This document shows, in pieces, positions 25,872 through 34,349 of a stretch of DNA of 64,000 nt (the stretch's first letter is position 1; each line of letters starts with the position of its first letter). The notes beneath the pieces were generated by a model. That model was not told where the DNA came from, ran no database searches, and worked only from the letters and a program-made list of their open reading frames with translations. The stretch is from Vicinamibacterales bacterium (lineage in GTDB: Bacteria > Acidobacteriota > Vicinamibacteria > Vicinamibacterales > CAVVIG01): positions 62-64,061 of the forward strand of contig DASSGK010000574.1 of the NCBI GenBank assembly GCA_035693505.1. Direction: 5' to 3'. The position numbers and the translations under genes were made by a program.

Positions 25872-28394
25872 ATGCGGTTGGGGCGCCAGACGCGGCGGAT
25901 GTTGACGCGGCGCGCGGGTCGCATCTGGATCGTTGCGCTCGCTCTCATCGGTTCGATCGCAGTGGCCCTGTCGGGGACGCGGATCGCCGCCAAGGGTCGA
26001 CGGGCGCCAACTCCGCTTCCTGCTCCTGTGCCCGCCGTCCGGGCGGTCCTCGACACCTACTGCATCACCTGCCACAACCAGCGACTGCGTACCGGCGGGC
26101 TTGCGCTCGATCGCCTGGACCTGACGAACCCGGTTGCCAACGCTGAGGAGTGGGAAAAGGTGATCGCGAAACTTCGGGCCGGCTCGATGCCACCGGCCGG
26201 GAGACCGCGGCCTGACGCGGCCACCTATCGAGCTGTGGCGAGCGCCCTGGAGAACGACATCGACCGGGCGTCGGCGGCCGGTCCGAATCCCGGCAGGATC
26301 AACGCGGTCCACCGGCTCAATCGCACGGAATACCAGCACGCGATCCGCGACCTGTTCGCCCTCGACATCGATGTGAGGTCGCTCCTGCCCGGCGACGAGA
26401 CGGCGGACGGCAGCTTCGACAATTTTGCGACATCGCTCTCGATTTCGACGGCCCATCTGGAACGGTACATGTCGGTGGCCCGTCAAATCACGCGCCTCGC
26501 GACCGGCCTTCCTCCCGCACGGCCGACGCTGGAGACGTTCGAGATACCGTTGCACGTCGTGCAGGACGATCGGCAGAGCGAAGATCTGCCGTTCGGATCT
26601 CGCGGCGGCATCGCGATCCACCACGACTTTCCGGTCGACGGCGAGTACCTCATCAAAGTTCGTCTCCAGCGGCAGTACCAGGACTATCTCAAGGGCATGG
26701 GATGGCCGCAGCGGCTCGACGTCCGCCTCGACGCGCGGCTGCTCAAACGGTTCACCGTTGGAGGCGGCGCGCAAGGCAGGCCCGCCGCGACCAGCTATGC
26801 CGGCGACGGCGAGCCGAACTTCGCCGGCGATCCCGAGTGGGAAAAGTACATGCAGCTCGACGGAGACGCTGGGCTGGAGCTCCGCGTCCAGGTGCCGGCA
26901 GGGCCGCACCTGATCGGCGTGTCGTTCGTGAGGGAACTGTGGGAGCCGGAAGGCCTCCCGCAGCCGCTGCAACGCGGCAGGGTCATCACGGACGACAACG
27001 TGTACATGAATCCTGCGAGCGTCGGCTCGGTCCTGATCGGTGGGCCGTACACGAAAGCCGGACCGGCGAAGGACACGCCAAGCCGTCGCGCGATTTTCGT
27101 CTGTCAGCCATCGCGTGCTGCTGAAGAGCGGGCGTGTGCGACGAAGATTCTTTCACGGGTTGCCCGGCTCGCGTATCGGCGGCCGGTGACGAGCGGCGAT
27201 GTGCAAACGCTCGTCGAGTTCTTCGACGACGGCCGACGCGACGGTACGTTTGATGACGGGATTCAGTTCGCGCTCGAGCGCATGCTCGTCGACCCGGACT
27301 TCCTTCTGCGCATTCACAGGGAGTCCCCCCTTCAAGCGTCGCAGACTGCGTATCGTCTCGACGGCATCGAACTCGCCTCGCGCCTGTCGTTCTTTCTCTG
27401 GAGCAGCATCCCCGACGATCGCCTGCTTGCGCTGGGCGAACGCGGACAGCTGACGAACCCGTCGATCCTTGTGGCTGAAGTGCGGCGAATGCTGGCGGAC
27501 CCGCGCGCCACCGATACGCTCGTCAACGATTTCGCCGCGCAATGGCTGAATCTGCGCCGCGTCGAGGAAGTCGTGGTCGATCAGGATCGGTATCCCAACT
27601 ACGACCTCAGCCTGTTGCAGGCCTTCCAGCGGGAAACGGAACTGTTTGTCGGCAGCACGATCCGCGAGGATCGCAGCGTCGCGGAGCTCCTCAACGCCGA
27701 CTACACGTTCGTCAACGAACGCCTGGCGCGGCACTACGGCATTCCCCGCGTCTACGGCAGCCGCTTCCGTCGCGTGACGCTTCCGAACCTCGACCAGCGC
27801 GGCGGGTTGCTCGGCCAGGGCGCGCTGCTCGCGACCACGTCGTACCCGGATCGGACGTCCCCCGTCCTGCGCGGCAAATGGCTGCTGAACAACATTCTTG
27901 GTTTGCCGGTCCCGCCGCCTCCACCCGGCGTGGACACCAACCTCGCGGAGATCAAGCCCGGCGCGCCGCCGCCTTCCATACGCGAGCGCCTGGCCGAACA
28001 TCGGCAGAATCCCTCGTGCAACAGTTGTCATTCCGTCATCGATCCGCTCGGCTTCGCGCTCGAGAATTTCGATGTCATCGGGGGATGGCGGACCGTCGAC
28101 GAATCGCGCAGGCCCGTCGACGCGAGCGGCACGACGGCGAGCGGTGCACAGGTCGAGGGGCTGAGGGGACTGCGAGCGATGCTGCTCGACGAGCCCCAGC
28201 AGTTTCCCCGCACGGTCACCGAAAAGCTCCTGGCCTACGCTCTGGGCCGGAGGCTCGAGTACTACGATCGACCGACGGTACGAAAGATCGTCAGGGACGC
28301 GGCGGCCCACGACTACCGCTGGTCGGCGCTCATTCAGGGGGTTGTGGAAAGCCCCGCATTTTTGATGCGGGCATCACAGGCCGCATCGCACTGA
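25872..28394 (+). CDS. DUF1587/DUF1592/DUF1595/DUF1588/DUF1585-type protein (Planctomycete-cytochrome-like)
   Basis: 'CITCHNQRLRTGGLALD', 'KLRAGSMPP' and C-terminal 'SCNSCHSVIDPLGFALENFD' are hallmark strings of this family. Confidence 0.88.
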   Translation: MRLGRQTRRMLTRRAGRIWIVALALIGSIAVALSGTRIAAKGRRAPTPLPAPVPAVRAVLDTYCITCHNQRLRTGGLALDRLDLTNPVANAEEWEKVIAKLRAGSMPPAGRPRPDAATYRAVASALENDIDRASAAGPNPGRINAVHRLNRTEYQHAIRDLFALDIDVRSLLPGDETADGSFDNFATSLSISTAHLERYMSVARQITRLATGLPPARPTLETFEIPLHVVQDDRQSEDLPFGSRGGIAIHHDFPVDGEYLIKVRLQRQYQDYLKGMGWPQRLDVRLDARLLKRFTVGGGAQGRPAATSYAGDGEPNFAGDPEWEKYMQLDGDAGLELRVQVPAGPHLIGVSFVRELWEPEGLPQPLQRGRVITDDNVYMNPASVGSVLIGGPYTKAGPAKDTPSRRAIFVCQPSRAAEERACATKILSRVARLAYRRPVTSGDVQTLVEFFDDGRRDGTFDDGIQFALERMLVDPDFLLRIHRESPLQASQTAYRLDGIELASRLSFFLWSSIPDDRLLALGERGQLTNPSILVAEVRRMLADPRATDTLVNDFAAQWLNLRRVEEVVVDQDRYPNYDLSLLQAFQRETELFVGSTIREDRSVAELLNADYTFVNERLARHYGIPRVYGSRFRRVTLPNLDQRGGLLGQGALLATTSYPDRTSPVLRGKWLLNNILGLPVPPPPPGVDTNLAEIKPGAPPPSIRERLAEHRQNPSCNSCHSVIDPLGFALENFDVIGGWRTVDESRRPVDASGTTASGAQVEGLRGLRAMLLDEPQQFPRTVTEKLLAYALGRRLEYYDRPTVRKIVRDAAAHDYRWSALIQGVVESPAFLMRASQAASH

Positions 28395-28404
28395 ATTCCG
28401 TCTG

Positions 28405-28422
28405 GTCCGGCTGAAGCCGGAC
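28405..28422. repeat. GGCTGAAGCC-core hairpin (GTCCGGC-TGAA-GCCGGAC)
   Basis: A 7-bp stem with a TGAA loop, 11 nt after the DUF1592 stop. It has the same core and loop as one arm of the element at 29816..29865. Confidence 0.6.
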
Positions 28423-28446
28423 ACTACATGTGAGGAGACGACAGGT

Positions 28447-29784
28447 ATGGCGTTCCTTTCAAAATCGTTGCCGCGGCGAACCGTCCTGCGGGGGCTGGGT
28501 GCGACCATGGCGCTGCCATTCCTCGACGCAATGCTCCCCGCGTTTTCGATGCGCGGGCTGGCCGCCGCCAAGCCGGCGCACCGGTTCCAGACGTTCTACG
28601 TGCCAAACGGCATGGCGATGGAGTACTGGCTGCCGAAAGGCGAGGGGACCGCGTTCGAGCTCTCACCGATTCTGGAGCCGCTGGCGCCGTTCCGCGAGCA
28701 GATGCTCGTCCTGTCGGGCCTCAAGGCGAACTGGAACTACATCCACGCCGGCGCCTCCGGATCGTTTCTGACGGGGACTGCGCACGGCGGACGGAACGAA
28801 ATCGAAATCATCGCCGACGTGTCGGTGGATCAATTGCTGGCACGGCACTTCGCCGGCGAGACGCAGGTCGCATCGCTCGAACTCTCGATGGACGCCCCGG
28901 CCAACGCCGGCGCATGCACGGGCATCCTGAGCTGCGTCTACACGCACACGCTGTCGTGGCGCAGCCCGACGCAGCCGTTGCCCATGGAGTGGAATCCGCG
29001 AGCGGTGTTCGAGCGGCTGTTCGGCGACAGCGGCAGCACGAACCGGGCCGCGCGCGAGGCGAGGCTGCGACAGCACAAGAGCATTCTCGACTCGGTGACG
29101 GAGAAGCTGGCGAGCCTCAAGAAAGAGCTCGGACCGCAGGATCAGACCAAGGTCGATCAGTATGCCGACGCGGTTCGTGACGTCGAGCGGCGCATCGAGA
29201 AGGCCGAGCAGCAGAGCGGCCTCGAACTGCCGGCGCTGGAGCAGCCTCAGGGCGCACCTCCTGTCTTCGAAGATCACCTGGCTTTGATGCTCGACTTGCA
29301 GCTTCTCGCGTTTCAGTCCGATCTCACGCGCGTCATCTCGTTCATGCTCGGCAAGGAACAGAGCGCGCGACCGTATCCCCAGATTGGCGTGCCCGAAGCT
29401 CACCATCCGCTGTCGCACCACAACGACGTGCCCGAGCTGATCGCGCACATGTCGAAGATCAACCGTTATCACACGCAGCTGTTCGCGAAGTACCTGGAGA
29501 GGCTGCGCGCGACGCCCGACGGTGACGGCTCGCTCCTCGATCACACCACGATCCTGTACGGCTCGGGTATCTCGAACAGCACGCGGCACTCGGGCGACAA
29601 TCTGCCGCTCCTGGTGATGGGCGGCGGGGCAGGGACGCTCAAGGGCGGCCGGCATCTCACGTACTCCGGCAAGCCGACGATGGCCAACCTGCTGGTGACG
29701 CTGATGGACAAGATGGACGTGCCGGTCGAGCGCGTCGGCGGCAGCACCGGCAAGCTTCCGCTCGATACGCTCTCCGGAATGTAG
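28447..29784 (+). CDS. DUF1552-domain protein (Tat-signal-like N-terminus)
   Basis: GAGGAG lies 9 nt upstream. 'LPRRTVLRGLGATMALPFLDAM' and the overall pattern are typical of DUF1552 partners of DUF1592 proteins. Confidence 0.88.
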   Translation: MAFLSKSLPRRTVLRGLGATMALPFLDAMLPAFSMRGLAAAKPAHRFQTFYVPNGMAMEYWLPKGEGTAFELSPILEPLAPFREQMLVLSGLKANWNYIHAGASGSFLTGTAHGGRNEIEIIADVSVDQLLARHFAGETQVASLELSMDAPANAGACTGILSCVYTHTLSWRSPTQPLPMEWNPRAVFERLFGDSGSTNRAAREARLRQHKSILDSVTEKLASLKKELGPQDQTKVDQYADAVRDVERRIEKAEQQSGLELPALEQPQGAPPVFEDHLALMLDLQLLAFQSDLTRVISFMLGKEQSARPYPQIGVPEAHHPLSHHNDVPELIAHMSKINRYHTQLFAKYLERLRATPDGDGSLLDHTTILYGSGISNSTRHSGDNLPLLVMGGGAGTLKGGRHLTYSGKPTMANLLVTLMDKMDVPVERVGGSTGKLPLDTLSGM

Positions 29785-29815
29785 GGTGGCAAGGTTGAAA
29801 CGGTGCCGACCTCTT

Positions 29816-29865
29816 GTGGCGCAGCCCTTCAGGGCTGCAAGCGCAGGGCTGAAGCCCTGCGCCAC
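29816..29865. repeat. Y-shaped double-hairpin (REP-like) element
   Basis: Outer stem GTGGC/GCCAC encloses two hairpins: GCAGCCC-TTCA-GGGCTGC (29821..29838) and GCAGGGC-TGAA-GCCCTGC (29843..29860). Confidence 0.6.
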
Positions 29866-29866
29866 G

Positions 29867-31237
29867 TTGAAAAGTGCCCTTGAGATCGTTGCGGTCTTCG
29901 TGCTCCTCGTAGCGAGTGCCGCCGCCGCGCAACGGCCGCCGCTCGTCGACGCGGCCCGGAACGCCGACAAGGATCAGGTGCGCGCGCTCGTTCAGCAAGG
30001 CGCGAACGTCAACGCCGCGGACGCCGATGGCACGACGGCCCTTCACTGGGCGAGTTATCGGGATGACCTGGAAATCGCCGAACTCTTGATTCGCGCCGGC
30101 GCCAGGGTGAACGCCGCGAACGATCTTGGCGCTACGCCGCTGTGGACGGCCAGCCAGAACGGCAGCGCAACGATGGTCCGCCGGCTGTTGGAGGCCGGCG
30201 CCAATCCGGACGCCCCGCTCCTGTCGGGAGAGACGCCGCTGATGGTTGCCGCCCGCTCGGGCAGTCCCGCGTGCGTCGAACAGCTGCTCGCGAAGGGCGC
30301 GCAGGTGAACGCGCATGCGACGCGAGGCCAGACGGCGCTGATGTGGGCCGTGGCCCAGAAGCACGCCGACGTCGTCAAGGTTTTGCTCGCGCACGGCGTC
30401 GACGTCCACGCCCGCTCGGACGCATGGAGCGAGGTGATGGCGGTGCCGCCGCACGGCCATCTCGAATACAACCGTGCGATCCCGCACGGCCGCGATACCG
30501 CGCTGATGTTCGCCGCACGGGTGGGCGATGTCGCTTCGGCGACGCTCCTCGTGTCCGCCGGCGCCAACGTCAACGACGCGGACGCCTGGGGCGTCAGCGC
30601 CACGGCCATGGCGGCGCACGCCGGGTACGGCGAATTGGTCGCGTTGCTGCTCGATCACGGTGCGGACCCCAACGCCTCTGCCGCAGGCTTTGCGCCGCTG
30701 CACGCGGCCATCCTGCGGCGGGACGAGCGCATGGTCGGCGCGCTCCTCGCTCACGGCGCAGATGCGAACGCGCCACTGCGTACCTGGACACCGACACGCC
30801 GCTCGTCACATGACTTCAACTTCAGTCCCGAGCTGGTTGGGGCGACGCCGTTCTGGCTGGCCGCGCGTTTCAGCGAGCCCGGCGTCATGCGTCTTCTGAT
30901 CAAGCACGGCGCTGATCCGCTGTTCGTCCACCATGGCGACCATGTAGTGGAGGCCCGGGGCGGTGAAGCATACGAGCATCGTGTCGAGGTGACGAACGCG
31001 CTGATGGCTGCGACGGGAATGGGTGGCGGGACGGCCTGGGTTCAGCCTGGCCGGGCCGAGCGCGAAACGCTCACGCTCGAGGCGGTCACACTGGCCGCGG
31101 AACTCGGTGTCGACGTCAACGCCGCCAACACCGATGGCCGCACCGCGCTCGATGCCGCCAGGGCCCTGAAGTACGACGCGGTCGGGAAGTTCCTCGTCGA
31201 GAAGGGCGCCAAACCTGGAACCCGCAGGAAGAACTAG
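29867..31237 (+). CDS. Exported ankyrin-repeat protein
   Basis: Start re-placed at TTG 29867, just past the hairpin element, giving the signal peptide 'KSALEIVAVFVLLVASAAAAQ'. The ATG at 29786 is the alternative. Multiple 'DADGTTALHWA...LLIRAGARVNA' and 'GATPLW...LLEAGANPD' ankyrin repeats. Confidence 0.8.
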   Translation: MKSALEIVAVFVLLVASAAAAQRPPLVDAARNADKDQVRALVQQGANVNAADADGTTALHWASYRDDLEIAELLIRAGARVNAANDLGATPLWTASQNGSATMVRRLLEAGANPDAPLLSGETPLMVAARSGSPACVEQLLAKGAQVNAHATRGQTALMWAVAQKHADVVKVLLAHGVDVHARSDAWSEVMAVPPHGHLEYNRAIPHGRDTALMFAARVGDVASATLLVSAGANVNDADAWGVSATAMAAHAGYGELVALLLDHGADPNASAAGFAPLHAAILRRDERMVGALLAHGADANAPLRTWTPTRRSSHDFNFSPELVGATPFWLAARFSEPGVMRLLIKHGADPLFVHHGDHVVEARGGEAYEHRVEVTNALMAATGMGGGTAWVQPGRAERETLTLEAVTLAAELGVDVNAANTDGRTALDAARALKYDAVGKFLVEKGAKPGTRRKN

Positions 31238-31252
31238 CTAACTGCCCGTCGC

Positions 31253-32902
31253 TCAGAACAGGCGACGGTAATCCGCGTAGGCGACGGGGACACCGATGAC
31301 GAGGCTGCGGCGGAGCGCGAATGCGGCTTTGGCCGCGGACGTGAGCTCGCCCGGATCCGTCGTGCGCAGGCCTTCGACGCCGCAGGACTCGGCCATCTTC
31401 ACGGTGTCGATCGGCGAGAAGTCGGTCCTGTACGACGGCAGCTGCTTGCCTTCCTGCGACAGTTTGATCAGCGAATAGTTCCCGTCTTCGAGGACCACCG
31501 TCACCAGCGGAGCGCCCACGCGCTCGGCCGTCTCGAGTTCCTGCGCGTTCATCGAGAAGCCGCCATCGCCCACCGCGGCCAGCACCGGGGCATCGGGCCG
31601 CGCCAGCTTCGCGCCGATTGCGGCGCTCAGCCCATAGGCCATGCCGGACAGACCGTTCGACATCCAGAACGTCTCGGCATCGCGGCTCGGCCAGAACTGA
31701 CCGAACAGGTACTTGTGTGAGCCGACATCGGTGGTGACGATCGTCTCCCGCGGGCACGCGGCAGCCAGCGCGTTCACGATGTCGCCGGGCCACATCGTGT
31801 TGCCCTCGCCACCGGCGTGCGAAGAGTGATTGCCGGGCAGTGAAGGCCGATTCAACAGATCGCGCCGCTTCTGCTGGAAGGCGTGGAACGAATCGGCCCA
31901 GACGGCAGGTGCCTTCGAGCCAATCAAGCAATCGAGCAGCGGCGCGTGGTCGACGAGCGTCACGCCGTCCGGGACATTGCCGCCGACGTTCGGCGCCTCG
32001 AGAATCCAGTGGATCGGCAGGTCGGCGTGCCACGTCTTGTCGACTTCGACCGGATCGAACCCGAAGCCGACGCGCACATCGGCCGCTTCGATCGCCTCGC
32101 ACATCAGGCCGTCGGCGGCCATGCCTCCGACGACGCCGACGAAGGTCGGGCTGGTCTCGTCGACGACACCTTTTACCTTCGGTGTGACGGCGACCGGCAG
32201 TCCCCAGCCGCCGATCCATCTGCGGATCCGATCTGTGTTGACCGGATCGATGCCGAGTCCCAGCAGCACCAGTGGCCTCCTGGCGTTCGCGAGGAGTGAC
32301 GTCAACTGCCGCGCGGCCTCGCCGGCGTCACCGCGCGGCAGGGCGTGCAGATTCGGCGGCCGCGATCCATCATCGCCAGCCGCACCTGGTTCGGCGCCGT
32401 CTCGCCGCTTGAGGGCTTCTCGCGCCGACAAGGTCAGGTACGCCGTCCCGAAGGGCCGCGTCATGCACGCGGCCAGCGCGCGCGAGACGACATCGGACGC
32501 GTTTGCTGCCGTGATCTTCGCCGTGAGTCGCGTCACCGGTCGATAGACGTCATGAAGTGGCAGCAGTTGATGCGTGTGGCTGGACGGATAGTCGTCCGGA
32601 ATCTGCGCCGAGATCGCCAGCAGCGGCTCCTGATCGAGGCAGGCGTTCGCGAGCGGCAGCATCAGGTTCGCAGCGCCCGGACCGAGCGTCGTCAACACGA
32701 CGCCCGGCTGCCGCCGCAGCTTGCCGTAGACCGCGGCGGCGATCCCCGCGTTCGCCTCGTGCCGCATCAGAACGAAATCGACACCGGCGCGCCGCAGTTC
32801 ATCCATCAGGACGAGGATTTCGCCGCCGGGCAACCCGAACACACGCTCGATTCCCGCTCGGGCCAGCGCCCTCGCAGTGGCTGCGGCGGTCGTCTCATCC
32901 AT
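31253..32902 (-). CDS. Thiamine-diphosphate-dependent enzyme (acetolactate-synthase-large-subunit-like)
   Basis: 'GIERVFGLPGGEILVLMDEL...MRHEANAGIAAAVYGKL' is the N-terminal Pyr domain. 'GDGGFSMNAQELETAER' is the TPP motif. Start taken at 'MDETTAAA'; the ATG at 32935 is an alternative. Confidence 0.88.
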   Translation of the reverse strand: MDETTAAATARALARAGIERVFGLPGGEILVLMDELRRAGVDFVLMRHEANAGIAAAVYGKLRRQPGVVLTTLGPGAANLMLPLANACLDQEPLLAISAQIPDDYPSSHTHQLLPLHDVYRPVTRLTAKITAANASDVVSRALAACMTRPFGTAYLTLSAREALKRRDGAEPGAAGDDGSRPPNLHALPRGDAGEAARQLTSLLANARRPLVLLGLGIDPVNTDRIRRWIGGWGLPVAVTPKVKGVVDETSPTFVGVVGGMAADGLMCEAIEAADVRVGFGFDPVEVDKTWHADLPIHWILEAPNVGGNVPDGVTLVDHAPLLDCLIGSKAPAVWADSFHAFQQKRRDLLNRPSLPGNHSSHAGGEGNTMWPGDIVNALAAACPRETIVTTDVGSHKYLFGQFWPSRDAETFWMSNGLSGMAYGLSAAIGAKLARPDAPVLAAVGDGGFSMNAQELETAERVGAPLVTVVLEDGNYSLIKLSQEGKQLPSYRTDFSPIDTVKMAESCGVEGLRTTDPGELTSAAKAAFALRRSLVIGVPVAYADYRRLF

Positions 32903-32933
32903 CGCGTGTATTATGCGCGAGGATACGCAGGCC

Positions 32934-34247
32934 ATGAGTCAGGTCTCGATCGGCGCCGATTCGCTCCGCCCGGCTGACGTCCGCCGTCGCCTGAAAGCGA
33001 TCTTCATCGGATCGATCGGCAATCTGGTCGAGTGGTACGACTTCTATGCCTACACGGCATTTGCGCTGTATTTCGCGCCTTCGTTCTTCCCCGGCAAGGA
33101 TCCCGTCCTGCAGCAGCTGAACGCCGCGGTCTTGTTTGCGATCGGCTTCGTCGTGCGGCCGATCGGCGGCTGGCTGTTCGGACACCTCGCCGACCATCAC
33201 GGCCGACGAAATGCGCTGATGCTCTCGGTCTTCCTCATGTGTCTTGGTTCCCTGGTCATCGCGGTGATCCCCACGTATGCCTCGATTGGCGCCGCCGCGC
33301 CGGTGATGCTCGGCCTGGCGAGGATGGTCCAGGGCCTGAGTCTCGGCGGGGAGTATGGCACCAGCGCGACCTACCTGACCGAGGTTGCCGACGAGAAGCA
33401 CCGCGGCTTCTATGTGAGCTTTCACTATGTGACGCTCATCGGCGGTCAGCTCTGCGCGATCCTCGTCTTGCTGGTGCTCCAGCAGCTGTTCCTCACCGCC
33501 GAACAGATGCGGGCGTGGGGCTGGCGCATCCCGTTCGTCATCGGCGGCATGCTGGCCCTCGTCGCCGTGATGATGCGGAGCAGCCTGCACGAGACCGAGG
33601 CATTCATCGAAGCCAGCACGCCTCACAAGCGCGAAAGCTCGATCCGGGCGCTCCTTAGATATCCCCGCCAGGTGCTGATCGTCGTTGGACTCACGGCAGG
33701 GGGCACGACGGCGTTCTACACCTACACCACCTATATGCAGAAATTTCTGAAGCTGTCGGTGGGGCTCAGCGACAACCAGACGACGATGGTCAGCGCCGCA
33801 TCGCTCATCTTTGCGATTGGCCTGCAGCCGATCTACGGAGCGCTTTCAGACAAGATCGGGCGAAAGCCACTGCTGATTTGGTTCGGCCTGATGGGAACGG
33901 TGTGCACGATTCCGCTGCTTCGCGCTCTGCAATCCGCGAGGAGCGCCGCCGGGGCGTTCGTGCTGATCGCGGCGGCGTGGCTGATCGTCGCCGGTTACAC
34001 CTCGATCAATTCAGTGGTGAAAGCCGAGCTGTTTCCCACCAGCGTTCGAGCCACCGGCGTCGGTCTGCCTTTTGCGATCACGACGGCGATATTCGGCGGC
34101 CCTGCCGAGTCCATCGCGCTGTGGTTCAAGTCGATCGGCCACGAGGTGTGGTTTTCCTACTACCTCTCGTCGGTGATCGCCGTGTCGCTCCTCGTCTCGA
34201 TCTCGATGCGCGACACCAAGCGATACTCCGCCCTCCGGACGCCTTGA
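32934..34247 (+). CDS. MFS transporter, metabolite:H+ symporter (KgtP/ProP-like)
   Basis: 'GSIGNLVEWYDFYAYTAFALYFAPSFFP', 'GHLADHHGRRNAL', and about 12 hydrophobic segments. Confidence 0.88.
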   Translation: MSQVSIGADSLRPADVRRRLKAIFIGSIGNLVEWYDFYAYTAFALYFAPSFFPGKDPVLQQLNAAVLFAIGFVVRPIGGWLFGHLADHHGRRNALMLSVFLMCLGSLVIAVIPTYASIGAAAPVMLGLARMVQGLSLGGEYGTSATYLTEVADEKHRGFYVSFHYVTLIGGQLCAILVLLVLQQLFLTAEQMRAWGWRIPFVIGGMLALVAVMMRSSLHETEAFIEASTPHKRESSIRALLRYPRQVLIVVGLTAGGTTAFYTYTTYMQKFLKLSVGLSDNQTTMVSAASLIFAIGLQPIYGALSDKIGRKPLLIWFGLMGTVCTIPLLRALQSARSAAGAFVLIAAAWLIVAGYTSINSVVKAELFPTSVRATGVGLPFAITTAIFGGPAESIALWFKSIGHEVWFSYYLSSVIAVSLLVSISMRDTKRYSALRTP

Positions 34248-34349
34248 TGAGCCTTATTCTCGATAGCCGGCGGTCTGCCAGTCAGGTGTATACTTTCGCG
34301 TTTAGACGCGATCCGATTCCGTAAAATTCACGTTGCGGGGAGGCCCGAG

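Noticed and set aside
29786-29866. The ATG 29786 start of the ankyrin ORF, which begins 2 nt after the DUF1552 stop
   Set aside because: The first 27 codons consist of the double-hairpin REP-like element. A TTG at 29867 gives a clean signal peptide. The ATG is kept as an alternative, not excluded.
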